DNA of 64,000 nucleotides from Eledone cirrhosa (Eukaryota): NCBI GenBank assembly GCA_964016885.1, contig OZ024740.1, positions 268,708,001 to 268,772,000 of the forward strand, read 5' to 3'. Shown piece by piece: positions 30,617 to 44,897 of this stretch (position 1 is its first letter; each line of letters starts with the position of its first letter). The notes under the pieces were generated by a model. It saw only the letters and a program-made list of their open reading frames with translations, ran no database searches and was not told where the DNA came from. The position numbers and the translations under genes were made by a program.

Positions 30617-30785
30617 TAGATAGATATATACATATGACAAAATATATAGAGATGTACAAATGAAACCGTCTTTCTTGTTTATATATATATGTGTGTGATA
30701 AGTAAAGAAAAGTCGACAAAGGATAGAATACTGTACAACGAAAATATATATGAGTTTTAAGCCTGATATATTAGGAAAAGATGCT

Positions 30786-30820
30786 TAATGTTTCGAACTC
30801 TAGTCCTTCTTCTGAAGACG
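30786..30820 (-). ncRNA. Degenerate hammerhead-like motif, core CAGAAGA
   Basis: gtctt-CAGAAGA-aggac taga gttc-GAAAC-att-aag; near (TA)n. Confidence 0.35.
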
Positions 30821-30944
30821 GAAGGAGAAATAAAAGAAGTAGAAAGATGAAGGAAAGTGAGAAGAGGAAGAAACGGAAACAAAGCATGTGCGGGTTCAGT
30901 CAGACAGTAAAGTGCATTTTAATGAAAATACATACATATTTATG

Positions 30945-31025
<81 letters not shown>

Positions 31026-31540
31026 ATTTTTCATTCATATATGCTTTCCCCTTCGCTGTGACCTGTCTTTTTCTCTTCCCTTACTGCTATCCTCTTTCTC
31101 TCTCCCCCTTCTCTCTCCTTCTCCCTCTTACTTTCATTCACCCTCTCTGCTAGTCACCCTCTCTCGGCTAGCCTCTTCCTCATACTTTCACTCACTCACT
31201 CTCTGCTACTCACCCTCTCTCTCACTTCCTCCATCGTCCCACACCGTACGAATTCTTTCGTCGCTCACATTCGCACGGCCAGGATGTGTTTTTTGCCTTC
31301 TAGTCAATATTCGCAAGTTCTTATGTTCAAAATGAATCATTGACTTGATCTTCTCATTTTTTCCTCTCTTTACGTTGCCTCACCATTCGTGTTTATTTAC
31401 CTGTCTCTCTTTCTCCACCCAACTCTTTTTATCCCAATAACTTAATTTAGTTATTGTATTGCCCTAGCCGGAGGCATATGGTCTGTAATACGAAGACATA
31501 CCTATGATGGCTAGTCCTGGCTTCTATTTCTAATTTTTTT

Positions 31541-31576
<36 letters not shown>

Positions 31577-32322
31577 AAAATATATATATCTATATCCAAA
31601 ATTAAGATAAATTAAATGAATTTAATCTAAATCGAAATTGTGGGTGTCGTGTCATAATGGCATGTGCCATATCGCCTGGAAATAAGCTCAAAGATAAATC
31701 CGAACATTTTATAATAACTAGAAATTGATTAACATATAAATATACATGAATAATCACAAGAGATAATTTTTACACGCGTGAACCCCCCTCCCCGAATGAA
31801 CCCGGGATAAACTTATATAATTACAAAATAAACAACACAATATAATTATTCCATTACGAAAGGTTTCAAGAAACTAGACGATGCTTACAGAAACGTGCAG
31901 CCCGTTTATCAGATGAAATAGTTATCTATTTCTCCTTCATAGTCAGCCTGCTAACCTTTCAGCTGACCCTTGTTTGTCTTAATATTTATCGTCGTCATTT
32001 TATTTTATAGCAAAGATTTATTATCAATAGATTGGCGGAATTTGGTATATGATGCGTAACGTAATTAATTAAATAACAATAGAGTGAATTGTGTGTGTTT
32101 TTGAAAGGTAATATAACATCGTAAGGCAGTTCGGGAATTCTGTGTGTGGCTGATGTAAAAATAATGTATAATTCTCTATCTTTGTAAGGATTTATTCATA
32201 AAACCGACTTACTGGCGCTTTTATTCAACCTCTTCTATATTTCTTAATATATTTGTTCCATTAAATCCATTCTACTTCCTTATATTCTATGTATTCCTCT
32301 CTCTCTTCTCTCTCTCTAGTTA

Positions 32323-32463
32323 TGTAATATACAACATAAGATAATTATTTCATTTACCAGTGGTTTCTTGAAGACACATATTTATGTCTGTCTTCATTCA
32401 TCAGAAGAAAATTTTCAAGAGACCACTGGTAAATAAAATAATTATCTTATGTTGTTTATTACA
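32323..32463 (-). mobile_element. Fold-back PLE mini-element (arms 32323-32373 / 32414-32463)
   Basis: Inverted arms enclosing an HHR; same family as 58911-58995. Confidence 0.75.
32348..32410 (-). ncRNA. Type I hammerhead ribozyme motif
   Basis: tttctt-CTGATGA-a tgaagaca..tgtcttca a-GAAA-ccactgg-TA-aatgaaa. Confidence 0.7.
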
Positions 32464-32549
32464 AAACTGAAAAGCTCTGTAGCTTACATAGAGCACTCTC
32501 TTTTCCTTTACCTTTCCTACGGAAATACTTCATATATATGTGTGTGTGT

Positions 32550-32666
<117 letters not shown>

Positions 32667-32889
32667 CCTGTGCGTGTATGTGTGTGTGCGTGTGTGCATG
32701 TATGCGTATATCCTATTGAAGAAACTATTCTACGTTGGTGTCTGTAAAAGCTACTACAATGGATTGAGGGTTTCCTGGTGAAGAGAGTTTAACATATTGC
32801 GGTCGAAGGAATAGGAAAACGGGCTCCACTGTTTTGGGCACACTTCTCTTCCTTATTTCCATCAATCACATTATAGATGTCATCGAGCA

Positions 32890-33135
32890 CAGCTTCTTCT
32901 TCTTCTTCTTCTCCATTATTAGAGGGGGAGGGGCTGTTTCGTAAGAGCAGCGTCCTGAAGCACGCCTTCCAGCCATCTTGTCTTCCGCTGGGTCGCCTGC
33001 CTGTTGGTTTTGCCCGTAAAATCTGTTCAGCAATTCTTTCCTGAGACATTTTATGAACATGTCCGTAGTATCGGGGCTGTGATCTCTCAATTCGGAGAAT
33101 TAGCAGCTCTACCTTGATTGACTCTCTAAAGACGA
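32890..33135 (-). mobile_element. RTE 3' fragments with (GAA)n tail
   Basis: IERSQPRYYGHVHKM..GRRPSGR. Confidence 0.65.
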
Positions 33136-33391
33136 ATTCTCCAGTTAACGGAACTACTTGTTCGTGAAAATTCCACTGACGCACGCACGCTTAACATAGT
33201 TCTTTCTCAAGGACACAATATACCACCCGGCTGAGAATCGAAATCATAATATTACATCTATGAGTTTAGCACCCTAATTACTATGCATGAATCGACCCTA
33301 AACGGACCATTATGTGAAAATGCTTTGAAAGAAAGTTGCCCCTGAAGTGGGAATACAAATAGAATATATATATGTATGTATATATATATAT

Positions 33392-33457
<66 letters not shown>

Positions 33458-33483
33458 ATATTCCATTTGTATATATATATATT

Positions 33484-33550
<67 letters not shown>

Positions 33551-33567
33551 ATATATATCTATCTATC

Positions 33568-33762
33568 TAAGGCGGGTAAAATTCCCGAGATCCATGGACG
33601 AGTTCTCTCCAGCGGTCTCTGTCCCTCATTATCGCTGCCATATCCTGCATCTCCAACAGACCAGTGTCTGTCCTTAGGGCATCAACATATGTTAACCTTG
33701 GTCTTCCTCTTCTAGTGTGTCCATGTAGGGGCTCCCAAAGTAGCACTGAGTGCAATGTCAAC
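33568..33762 (-). mobile_element. RTE-like LINE 3' fragment
   Basis: [31 protein letters not shown]. Confidence 0.75.
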
Positions 33763-33808
<46 letters not shown>

Positions 33809-34929
33809 CATCTGAATGAATGTACGTGGGTGGATGTTTCGTAAATGATTTCTTGTATGCGTGTACAACGACATACTTCGTTTCTGGTATCAAAATTCTA
33901 GAATTTAATCTATTTTGACAGATTTTTGTTGAACATCGTGAAAACTCATACACATTCTTTGCAGGATAATAATATGCGTACACTTTTCATCTTCCCATCA
34001 GAGTCTGTATGAAATTCTCATCGTATTGCATTAAAATATATTATAGAAAATTTGCATTTTGATATTTCTAAATCATTTAAGCGTCAGCTTGTTGTGGGCG
34101 AAATCAATCAGCTATAAACAATATGTGCATAAATTTCGTATATATTTGCTTTTCAGTAAACCGTAGAAAACAATATTTTTCCAAAATATATGTGAGATTT
34201 GGATTTTTTCATTCCGAAGATGGAACAAATACTGATAAAAATAAAACAGTATAGAGCAATAAAATGTAAAATGAATAATATACCGTTACAACAAACTTAA
34301 TAAACACCTTTTCGTATACAGCACAAATTTAATATTACATGTTCGATAATATGTTAGAAGTAGACGTCCGTTTTAAATGCTCATCTATTATTCCATATAT
34401 ACAGTATATATATATACAACTATCTCAATTCTATTCATAAATCAATAAGCAGAACTATACAAATTTTATGGCCAGGCCAAATAGTCACAGGTTGTTGATA
34501 AATATAACTGTTATCTGAGTCCTTTTTCAACTCTCTTCTTAAAAACTACTTTTTGTCTATCTTCTTGAAATGATTGTTGTTTTCGTTTCATCTGATATCA
34601 ACATCAAAAACCATTCCACAAATTACGTAAGCTTAATAATTACAGGAAACATTTCTTTAAATTAAACTTTCCCCATATATTACGACGCCATTCTCTGTCG
34701 AAAAACATGTTTTTTTGCGTATATTACATGGCAGTAAATCATTTATTCCTCTAAACATTATTTGCGCTGTGTTAAACTTTAAAAGGTCCATGAATTTTAA
34801 TGTAATCAGAAGGGAGTAGGTGTCAGAGCCAAACTCGCTATCTTTAATTTGGTATTCGTGTCATTTCTTACTTATGTTCATGAATCTTGGTAATTACTGG
34901 AAGAATGCGATTGAAAATGCAAGTGACCT

Positions 34930-35392
34930 GAATGGGGTTCCTTCGAAGAGTGTTTAGAGTAGATTTACTCGATAGAATGCCTAGTTCCGAGATCAGAAAT
35001 TTGCTTCAGCTAGAGTCGCTACTTCTCCAAACTGAGAGATTGCAGCTCCGATACTACGGGCATGACTAAAAAATCGCTGGACAATTATGAAGTCGGCTGC
35101 TCTCACCTGTGTATCCGGCCGGATCAAATGGAGACGGTTGCATCTGGCAGAACCTGCAGGAAGGCGTTTGAAGACTCTGTCCCCACGATCCTCCCAGTAA
35201 TAGCTGGGAGAAGAAGAAGAAGAAGAAGAAGAAGAAGAAGAAAAAGAAGAAGAAGAAGAAGAAGAAGAAGAAGAAGAAGAAGAAGAAGAAGAAGAAGAAG
35301 AAGAAGAAAAAAAAAGAAGAAGAAGAAGAAGAAGAAGAAGAAGAAGAAGAAGAAGAAGAAGAAGAAAAAAAAAAAGAAGAAAAAGAAGAAGA
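34930..35392 (+). mobile_element. RTE 3' fragment followed by a long (GAA)n tail
   Basis: 3' segment resembles the reverse complement of 44690-44820, which also ends in (GAA)n. Confidence 0.6.
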
Positions 35393-35682
35393 CCCTAAAC
35401 ATCAGTGTGTTGGTGTATTTTTCATATTCTACATTGGCTCTTTTTTGTAGCATCCTCTATGATTGTAAGTTGCTTTTGTATCTGATATTCCAGAGCCGTA
35501 ATTCAGATACAGAATTCATGAATAATTCAGAGTGTGCACTGCTTTAAGGCACAAAAAATGTCTTGCTCTACCTAGGACTGTTGTTTTATTTCCGACCATT
35601 GCTCGTACATATTTTATGTGAGATTTCCGGCAAAATTTACAGTCTGCTTTATTACCCTGAAATTTATTTACATAGATCATTT

Positions 35683-35808
35683 CTATGATGATATTGTCAC
35701 CCAATCCTTCGTACTATGATGATATTGTGACCCTATCATTTGTACTATGATGATATTGTCACCCTATCATTTGTACTATGATGATATTGTCACTCAATCC
35801 TTCGTACT
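35683..35808. repeat. 31-bp minisatellite, 4 copies
   Basis: Unit ctatgatgatattgtcacccaatccttcgta with small variants. Confidence 0.9.
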
Positions 35809-36149
35809 TGGGTATTTATTTTACAATTTCGAAAGAGCACAATCTTTGTTTTATTCAGTTTTGTTGTTAATTTATGTATGTGAAACCACTTCTCTAATTT
35901 TCTGTTGTATGTGGTGATAACAGTTATCTGTTATACATAAATATAGTATGTCAGCTATAATTTACAGACAGAAGTTATGCAATGACGGAAATATAAATAA
36001 AAAAGATAAAAACAATATTAAGTAATAAAAAAAATGTGAAGGGTAAAGAATGGCAGATCTGGCTGTATATGGAAGTACAGGAAAGGATTAAATGTCATAA
36101 ATGAGAAGAAATGGAGGGAAAAAGCAAGGACTATTAGGCATAACAATAG

Positions 36150-36380
36150 AGGGAGATGGGAAGAGGGTGACATGCTTTACAGCTAGGTCGGGGTGGTATT
36201 TCTGCAGCGCCCTACAGACAAAACTGCAAAGGCATTTCGGTAGACAATGTCCAGCAACAGCCTCTCCACCTCATAGAGCTCCATCCTCAAACAGACTGCC
36301 GACATTCCAATTTTGCGAATGAGTTCGGCTCGCCAAGGTCAGATGACGTCTGAGGTCTCGACGGCGACTGGGATTACCTC
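36150..36380 (-). mobile_element. CRE 3' fragment
   Basis: Minus-strand PVAVETSDVI; similar to 10860-11075. Confidence 0.5.
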
Positions 36381-37085
36381 TAAATACTACTGTAAAGTCC
36401 CCTAGAAATTAAATCCATGTGTATCGTTTGAAATGAAAGATTTGTAAGTGATTTTGATAAGCATCATATGTAAATTATGTGCAACATAAACAATTCCTGT
36501 CGTAACAATTTCTGCCTTGAATTACACCGTATGTAATATTCTTGCATGTGGATTTATGCTCCCTTATCTTTACAATGTTTTACTTGTTCCTGAAAATAAC
36601 ACTTCAACCAATTACATCTGACTCTTCTGATGCCATACCTTTCTAATGTATAAAGTAATATCTGTTATGAATTGTACTGAAGGTTTACATTCTTTTTGCA
36701 CGAGTCATTTGTTGAATTAATTCAAATAACGATAAAGAGATTGATCTGTTTATTCAGAATTCATACTGATTTTCAATCAGTAATTTGTGCTTTTCAATGA
36801 ATAAGTCGATTCATTCAGTAAAGCGTTTTTCCCATACCTTGGTCAATTAGGATAGTAAAAAGCATGCGTGTAATTTGTAAAAGGATGTTTATCTCTAGTC
36901 GTATATAACGGTATACACTTTGAAAATTTTCTTTTCTTAGAATTCTATCCGTTTGAAATAAGGTTATAGATGTTAGGTAGTGGTTTTGCAACATCGTCGT
37001 TGATTTTCTTGTATATTAGCACATTAATGCACTGGAGTAATTGTTGGTCTTATGCCAAAAGTAGAACTATTATTATTACTTTGAT

Positions 37086-37289
37086 AAGAGCGGTAGATTA
37101 GCAGTATCGGTAGAGGGTCGGACACCATGCTTGGCGCATTGAGTTACGGCCCTTGCCATTCTGAGTTCAAATCCCGCAGAGGTTAAATTTGCCTTTCATC
37201 CTTACGGGGTCGATAAAATAAAGTACCAGTAATACACTGGGGTAATAGCTGGCCTTGTGCCAAAAGTAGAAACAATTATTACTTTGATA
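37086..37289 (+). mobile_element. Meta-domain SINE with TSD attattactttgata, preceded by an orphan SINE tail (37025-37070)
   Basis: Full-length match and flanking direct repeat. Confidence 0.85.
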
Positions 37290-38000
37290 TCTCAGTCATT
37301 GTTGTTATTTAACCGCTACCTGCAGCCTCAGATATTCAGGACGTATCGGAGGATCCTTTCTGCTCCTAGTAGGCATGCCTTCTGGAGTGTTCCAATAAAG
37401 GGGACTGGGCTAATGTTCTATAACCAGCCTTGGAAGTTCTTCAAGATAGTGTTTAATGCTTCTATGACGATGGGAGCAACCATGATCGAGTGACAGTTCC
37501 AAATACTTTTCAGTTCCCACTTTAAATCCTGGCACCGATTAATTTTCACGTCTTTCTTTACTTGCACTCTTGTTTCAAAGGATCAAGCTAGATCTATAAT
37601 CAAGCAAAATCTTTTTTCCTTGTTAAAACTACCTGACCAGGCCTATAGTGTTTTAATTCTTTGTCCGTTTGTATTCTGAAATCCCACAGCACATTCTCTA
37701 TTACCGACTCTGGCTTATGCTTATATGATTTATCAGAATGACGTAATTTGTTCAGTTTGTATAAATACCAGTGAATCAAATTTCTCATGGTATCATGCCC
37801 CTATCCTTTATAGTGAGTCAGAGCTAGGTGCTAATATTCGGATACGATGTGAGCTACCATTTCCTCTCTCTCTACACACAGATCCTATAGAGTTGGCTAG
37901 ACCCCCTCCTTGTCAATATTGTGTTTCATCCACTTCGATCTGTGCAGCCAGTAGTATTTCCTCTGTGGCTTTCTTAAGGTCCACTTTCTTCAACAAGTTA
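37290..38000 (-). mobile_element. Degraded Dong/R4 3' fragment
   Basis: HKPESVIENVLWDFRIQTDKELKHYRP and LQKACLLGAERILRYVL. Confidence 0.8.
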
Positions 38001-38020
38001 TTATTATTAATATTATTATT

Positions 38021-39016
38021 AAGGGCGGTGGCTTATCAGTAGAGCGTCGGACACCCTGCTTCGCAACATAGAATTACGATTCTTTACATTCTGAGTTTAA
38101 ATCTCGCAGATGTTAACTTTGCATTTTATACTTACGGGGTCGATAAAATAAAGTACCAGTCACACACTGGGGCCGATTTAATCGACTTTCCCCGCCCTCA
38201 AAATTGCTGGCCTTGTGCCTATATAAGAAACAATTACTTTTGTCATCATATTATTCCTTCGAAAGTATCCATATGATATTAGTGAACATTTAAAAAAAAA
38301 TATTTTATATTTCTTTTCTACCTCTATATGTTTATAAGTGTGAATTCTCTATAGAGAGTATTTCTATTTCTGTTGATATTTTGGAAATTTGATTGTGTAT
38401 CATGAATTATCTATTCTATTATTCGATTATATTGTATTCGATTATATTGTTTCATTAGACAATTTTTTTTATCGTACAACGACTAAAATATTTTTACGGA
38501 TGTTTCATATGATTGTTAGGAATGTTTTCGACATAAGAAACCATATAAAAAACCATTATTTTTGTTATCATATTCCTTCGAAAGTATCCATATGATATTA
38601 GTAATCATAAAATATTTTTACGGTTGTTTCATATGCTTGTTAGGAATTTTTTTCGACATAAGAAACCATCGTGGATTGGCAGTATCGGTAGAGGGTCGGA
38701 CGCCATGCTTTGATGCGTAGAGTCACGGCCCTTGCCATTCTGAGTTCAAATCTCGCCGAGGTTAACTTTGTCTTTCATCCTTGCTAGGTCGATAAAATAA
38801 AGTACCAGTAATACACTAGGTAATTGCTGGCCTTGTACCAAAAGTAGAAACAATTATTTTTGTTATCATATTATTCCTTCGAAAGTATCCATATGATATT
38901 AGTAAACATTTTTGTATTCTATTATATTGTTTCATTAGACAATTTTTTTTTATCGTACAATGACTAAAATATTTTTACGGTTGTTTCATATGATTGTTAG
39001 GAATTTCTTTCGACAT
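38021..39016 (+). repeat. Two Meta SINEs (38021-38236, 38670-38857) with locally triplicated flanking DNA
   Basis: ttccttcgaaagtatccatatgatattag occurs three times; aaaatatttttacgg.tgtttcatatg..tgttaggaat occurs three times. Confidence 0.85.
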
Positions 39017-40817
39017 ATACTATTTTTCAATTTTGCTATAGAAATTCATTTTTGAAAACATCCATAGATTATTAATGGAACAATTGTGTTAAGAAGAGGA
39101 AATTCAATGTCACTGCTTATCTTCATGTCGTCCTAGGCAGGTAGGAAAACAATTTCACCGAGGGAGACATGACTCAAATGCTTGTGGCAGCGTAGATTTC
39201 TCTAAATTTGCCCAAGAACCTTATGGTGATGTACTAAAATCACGTTCTATTCAATGTATACATATCAGTTAAAAAGCCATGGATTTTACCCCAGAATGAC
39301 CGTAGTTCAATAATTGAAACTAGTAAAATATTGCAGTAGAAGAAAAGAGCGCTCCCTTGTAGACACAAAATAATATTAACATGCATACATAAACAAAACC
39401 ACTCGTTTAAGACGGTTGTTTAGCAAGCGCATTGATAGAATGCCTGATATAACTGATTATCAGTTGTATCATTTGGGTTTCTGATTAAAGTTTACATGGC
39501 ATTAACTGTTAATTGGCTTTAGTGTTCAGTGAACAAACCAGTTTCCTTGTATTCCTCCGAACATGTTTCGTAAATACTTTGTTAAATCCATACCATAACT
39601 AAGAGTTTAGAATTATTAGATCGAATAAAATACCGCCCGCCTTCAGAATATTTATGACGTAAATTGATCGATATTTTCTTGTCAGCTACAAAACGTGATT
39701 CAAATAATGTGCTTTCTAGCGTACAAATTAGTTTAGTTTACCAATCTTACAATGCTCTACGTCTTGATCTTGGTCTCAGCAGTATTTCACACGAATAGAT
39801 TTGGTTCAAAAGCGAAAATACTGTTTGAATCATGTACAATTAATTTATCATATGATAAATTTTGCAGTTGCACATTCTCTGCAGTCTTATACTTTCTATT
39901 TAACAATTGATATAATTTTCCGAATGATCATATAAAAAAAAAAATTTAACATCAAATATGCAAAACAAGCTGGTGGGTAGAAGAAGCATTAGTATTAGTA
40001 TATTAGATATACCTTTACATTTCAATTCGAAACACGTTGCAGTAGATTTTTCCTTTCATTCCTCGGAGTCGATAAAATGCACGCTAGCAGATTCATTTGA
40101 TTATTCGGACCCGACACAAGAATATTAATAATACAACTTATAATGCTTTCATTTGAACTAGAATGAATTTCACTAGTAATAAACTTATCTTAGGATTCAT
40201 TGAAGAAATTCTAGAAACAATATGCAGATAGTATACATTTACCTAGACTTTTGATTATGGATTTACCATGTGTGTCTGGGTATCTGTGAGAAGTAATAGG
40301 ATTCACGAAAAATCAAATCACAAAAAATAATGATGCCTATGATTTTTTTAAATCAATCGTGACTATATTTACGAACATTTTGGAGAGAAGACATGAAAAC
40401 TATTAGGGTTGCGTAAAGTAAAACATGCACATACACACACCAACATACACACACACACACACACACACACGCATACACACAAAGACACACAAACGCACAC
40501 ACCCACATGGACACTCACACACATATATAAATATTGTGTTGGAATTGTAATACATCCTGAAATTAAACTTGAACAGATTTTGTGATAAGTTCTTTATTTA
40601 ATATATTGCTTCTTGTCGAGATTTATTCTGCATCATGTGCAGAGGAAGATCTATCCAAAAATGCATGAAAAAATATACAATATATAATTCATAGAGTGGA
40701 ATAGAATAACTCTAGAAATTTCCGACTATTACTTAAAATGAAACCTAAATGAAATGTCCAGCCTTTTAAACAATGCAGCTATTATCAGTTAAATATATAT
40801 TTATTATATTGGCTACG

Positions 40818-42290
40818 CAGTGGTTCCCAAACTTATATTTCGTGAAACCCTAATACTTTTTACCACAAAATCATGGAATCCAAACCTATAGTTTAATAGT
40901 ATTAAAAACAAATTAATGCGATGAGTGCTGCTGCTAACTATAATCCAATGTTCAAAATAAGACAGCTGAATTCTTATATCTGGTGAAGTGTCCAGTCTAT
41001 TACAATATTCGTTAGTTTCACAAACCTTTAGAAAAAGCCAGATCCACCTATATACGGTTACAAATGGTAATATAATAGGTTGCTTTGATAGATCTAGATA
41101 TTCGGCAAATATATCGCATTAAACATTGGTACCAAAATCCCTTTATATTTAACTTTAAACTGAATATCTGGTGATTTTTCTTAAACCTGGAATGGAATTT
41201 ATGCCGATACATTTGTTCCTCAAATTTAGAAAATACCCAGGAATTCTCATAGGCTTCAAAAGTAATTTTGAATATTATTGTAGATTTAGACAACTAAATC
41301 CAGTTCCGATTCCTGAAATTATTAACAGTCGGAAAAAAGTAAAAATATATTGGTCTACAGCTAAGATAGGTGATAACGATAGTATCTTATCAGCATGAAA
41401 AATATTCACTTTTTGCCTTTCCAGAGTTAAACATGTTTCATTTAATTTCGTAAATATATAGGCTAAGTATGCAAGTTTTGATAGCCATGCCGTGTTTGAT
41501 AATCTGTTAGTTAAGCAATATTTATGATCGATAAGATATGCCAAGAGTTCTTTCCACAAATTCAAACATTTTTGGAAGAATATAACCTCACGATAGCCAT
41601 CTAACTTTGGAATATAAAAGAAACGTGTTATGAAGATTAACCACATCGTTATATAAGGTTTTAAAAAGTGATTGCAATGGCAGAGATTAAATAAATTTGA
41701 TAGTCGGCACTACTTCGCTTAAACTACGCGTGAAATGCTGTTTATTTTTGCATATCTCTGAAGAATACATTTGAAATCTGTTACAGCTTTTGCAACATTC
41801 TCGAATTGCTTTACAGTGCTAATTATTTCTCCTATAATTGCTTTTACACCATCGCTTCATACTGCAATATATTTATCCAGTTTTAACCGTGTTTCAATAA
41901 CATTTTCAATGTAATTTGATGTTATTTCCTATGGTGTGTATTACCACATTTTCGTATAAAAGTATATCTCATTCAAAGCTTTTCCTTGACGTCATATAAA
42001 AATAGCAAAAAACAAACAAACAGAACAGAAACAAAAACAAAGCAAAAACAAGTAAATTTGCAATTCAGTAAGGTCATTGCTTTTCTCAAAAAGATTAGCT
42101 TACATAATCAAAATGGTCATCTCTACGCATCGAAATTGTGCGGCGGATTGAGCTTACAGGACATATTCCGTTACTGTAGGCTGATGGATACGTAGTAAAA
42201 TATTATATTAACGAAACATTAGGGATGGTAGATGAATCCTTTCCTCAAAATCAACGAGATTTATGTGGTCGTCGAACTTATTTTTTGAAA
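40818..42290 (-). mobile_element. hAT-Charlie/Buster-type transposon fossil
   Basis: TIR-like cagtggttcccaaact at 40818; WLSKLAYLAYIFTKLNE peptide (ORF 41275..41646). Other end not found. Confidence 0.75.
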
Positions 42291-42304
42291 GCATTATTAG
42301 GTAA

Positions 42305-42398
42305 CCTTTCATCCTTACGAGGTCGATAAAATAAAGTACCAGTAATGCACTGGGTAATTGCTGGCCTTGTGCCTAAAGTAGAAACAATTATTAGGTAA
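42305..42398 (+). mobile_element. 5'-truncated Meta SINE with TSD attattaggtaa
   Basis: Core plus tail; direct repeat on both sides. Confidence 0.85.
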
Positions 42399-42568
42399 TC
42401 TCACTAACTCATTGAGCACTATTGAGAAATTCTTCTCTGTGTAGAATATCTAGCACAAAACAACGCAGTGGGATGTATCGATTTTCAAGCTATCGTAGCA
42501 TTTGAAGTAAACCTTTGCAAGATAACAATATATTTCACAAAATAACAATATATTTCACTTTATTTCAG

Positions 42569-42760
42569 TTATTTCGTATCAAGCTTTTTGCTTATCGAAA
42601 ATGTTTCCGAATTTTGGCGACCCAGAACGATGAGAGTGGAATCAAGGGAGATGTTGACACTGTTTCTTTCGTTCCACGAAGAAAGGTTATGAATGATTTG
42701 AGAAATGAAGTAATGGCAAAGGCTGTGAGTGAAGCTGAGGCTATGTTTGGTTTCTGGTAA
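42569..42760 (+). CDS. Host gene last coding exon (LFRIKLFAYRK...KAVSEAEAMFGFW*)
   Basis: ttcactttatttcag acceptor, phase 0, TAA stop, AATAAA 10 nt later; continues the HPFFK|LFRIKL motif of the previous exon. Confidence 0.8.
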   Translation, partial: LFRIKLFAYRKCFRILATQNDESGIKGDVDTVSFVPRRKVMNDLRNEVMAKAVSEAEAMFGFW

Positions 42761-42769
42761 ATATCAGTC

Positions 42770-42775
42770 AATAAA
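42770..42775 (+). promoter_or_regulatory. Candidate polyadenylation signal AATAAA
   Basis: Immediately after the stop codon of the last exon; AATAAA is common in AT-rich DNA. Confidence 0.4.
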
Positions 42776-43659
42776 GTTCTTGTTCATATAAACTCAGCAT
42801 GCAATTAAGAGAGACGTTGTCTTTTAGAGGAAAAACAAATGTTCTTAAATGTATTTTTCTGAAAGCAAATAATCGAAGAAACAACACGATGGCTAACGAT
42901 GACAAATTTCACGTCAGTTTAGATGATAAGTGTTCCAGTTATTATATCAAAGGAACTACCTACTGATTGTATTATAGTACTTGTATATTCAGCACGGACT
43001 TGAACACGAATAAAGCTGAAACGATCTATGACAAATCTCGTTTTCGAATTGCAGGTAAATTTCATCCAATTGGTACCTTTTGGTAGATCTAATCCTCGGT
43101 GGTAAACCTAATTCTTTACTTTATTTGTTACCACCACCTCCACCCGGCTTGTGAATGACTAACGCAGTTCATTTTATTGCAAGTATTATTACCAGGAATC
43201 TTGATTGTGAATGGCACCTCTATCAGATTTCTTCCCCACCCCCATCCAAATGTTCGCCACTTATCTCGGAGTCAGTGTAAAATATCACGTTAAATCCATT
43301 TCCGTTTGACTAATCCATAAAAAACAAAACAAAATTTAAGTTTCTGTGTACAGAAATCAAGAAACATAAATACAAACCAGAATTGTGGTAACTACCGATC
43401 ACCCAGACAGTTTTGATAATACTGTTCCGCAATATTATTTGTGAAGAGGAATACCAAAATCCTAGCTCATCAGCGGGTGAAGAATTATTAGTATCCTGGT
43501 CACTTCTAAAAAATATAATAAAAAACTGGATAGTGTGCGTATATGTAACGCACATGGTTCCAGAACTTAGCGTGTCTCACAGACTCACGCCACTAAAAAT
43601 AGCAGCCGGGTTTACTCGATATTTGAATTAGCTCGACGAATTAACGGAGCCGAATATAT

Positions 43660-44600
43660 ATATATATATGGCTGTGCTGTGCTGCATAAGATAAGCCCGG
43701 ATTAATTTTAATGGTGCTCTAGAATGGTTTGCAGTAGAACATAGAGCACAAATACTCTTCGCCATCTATTTTGCGGTAGTGCTGTCAAATGACTTTTCAA
43801 CATCAACAGACGGAGTCTTTCTCGGATATCGCTCTTCAGGCAATGTGTTCAATTTGACTAGAATGAGATTGAACTCTAACGTCTTTACCTCTTTGATCTA
43901 TGACCTTTTATATGCAGAATACTGCGAATTAATAAGTCACACTGAGGACGGCTTGCGAAGCCTGATCAGTGGATTCGATGCTGCTTGTGATCTGTTCGGT
44001 CTTATAATTAATTTGAAAAAGACTGTTGAAGTGCATCAACCTGCTCCTGGGGAGCAGACAAATGCACCTTAGTCCTCTTTGATGGCACTATACTAAGGAC
44101 GATGACCTCTTTGAATACCTTGGCTGTAGAATACAAGCTGATGGCAAATTGGATATTGGAATCATATCTCGTATACAAAAGGCAGCAAACGCTTTTCATG
44201 GACTGGAAATTAAAATCTGGTCATAACATCACATTAAACTGGAGACTAAAATTCCAGCATACGTTTTATTTGTACTCTCCGTACTATTGTATTCATCCGA
44301 GATGTGTTAAATGACGGAATGTTAAAATGTTGGAGCTGTTTCCCCCAAAATGCCTCCGGCATATACTCGAGATAATCTGGAACAGATTCGTTCCAGACAC
44401 TGAGATTCCTGCTAGGGTAAAATTTATATCTATTCAAGCTATGATTATTATGAATCAGTTAAAATGCACAGGTTACGATTCATATGGGTGATGGAGACAT
44501 CCCCAGTAATCTATTTTATGGCGAAACCAAGCTGGGTAAAAGGTTAAATAGTAAGCCAGGGAGGAGAAGATACTCTCTAAACGCGATCTTACATGCCTTA
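43660..44600 (+). mobile_element. Degraded RTE LINE RT region
   Basis: DLLYAEYCEL, FGLIINLKKTVEVHQP and LFYGETKLGKR. Confidence 0.75.
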
Positions 44601-44631
<31 letters not shown>

Positions 44632-44820
44632 CTTCTTCTTCTTCTTCTTCTTCTTCTTCTTCTTCTTCTTCTTCTGCTTCTTCTTCTTCTCCGCCCACTT
44701 ATTTTTGGGAGGGTCATGGGTGCAGAGCCCTCAAACACTCCCTCCAGCGGGTCTTGTCAGATACAACCGTCTCCAACTGATCCGGCTGGATCCCCAAGCG
44801 TGACCAGACAGACTCAAGGA
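44601..44820 (-). mobile_element. RTE 3' end with (GAA)n tail
   Basis: Similar to 35095-35210. Confidence 0.6.

Positions 44821-44895
<75 letters not shown>

Positions 44896-44897
<2 letters not shown>

Noticed and set aside
31870-31932. HHR-like remnant (taga-cga...gaaatagtta-tctattt)
   Set aside because: Core incomplete and stem II unconvincing.
35683-35808. 31-bp repeats resembling a CRISPR array
   Set aside because: Units are contiguous with no unique spacers, in a eukaryotic context with no cas genes.
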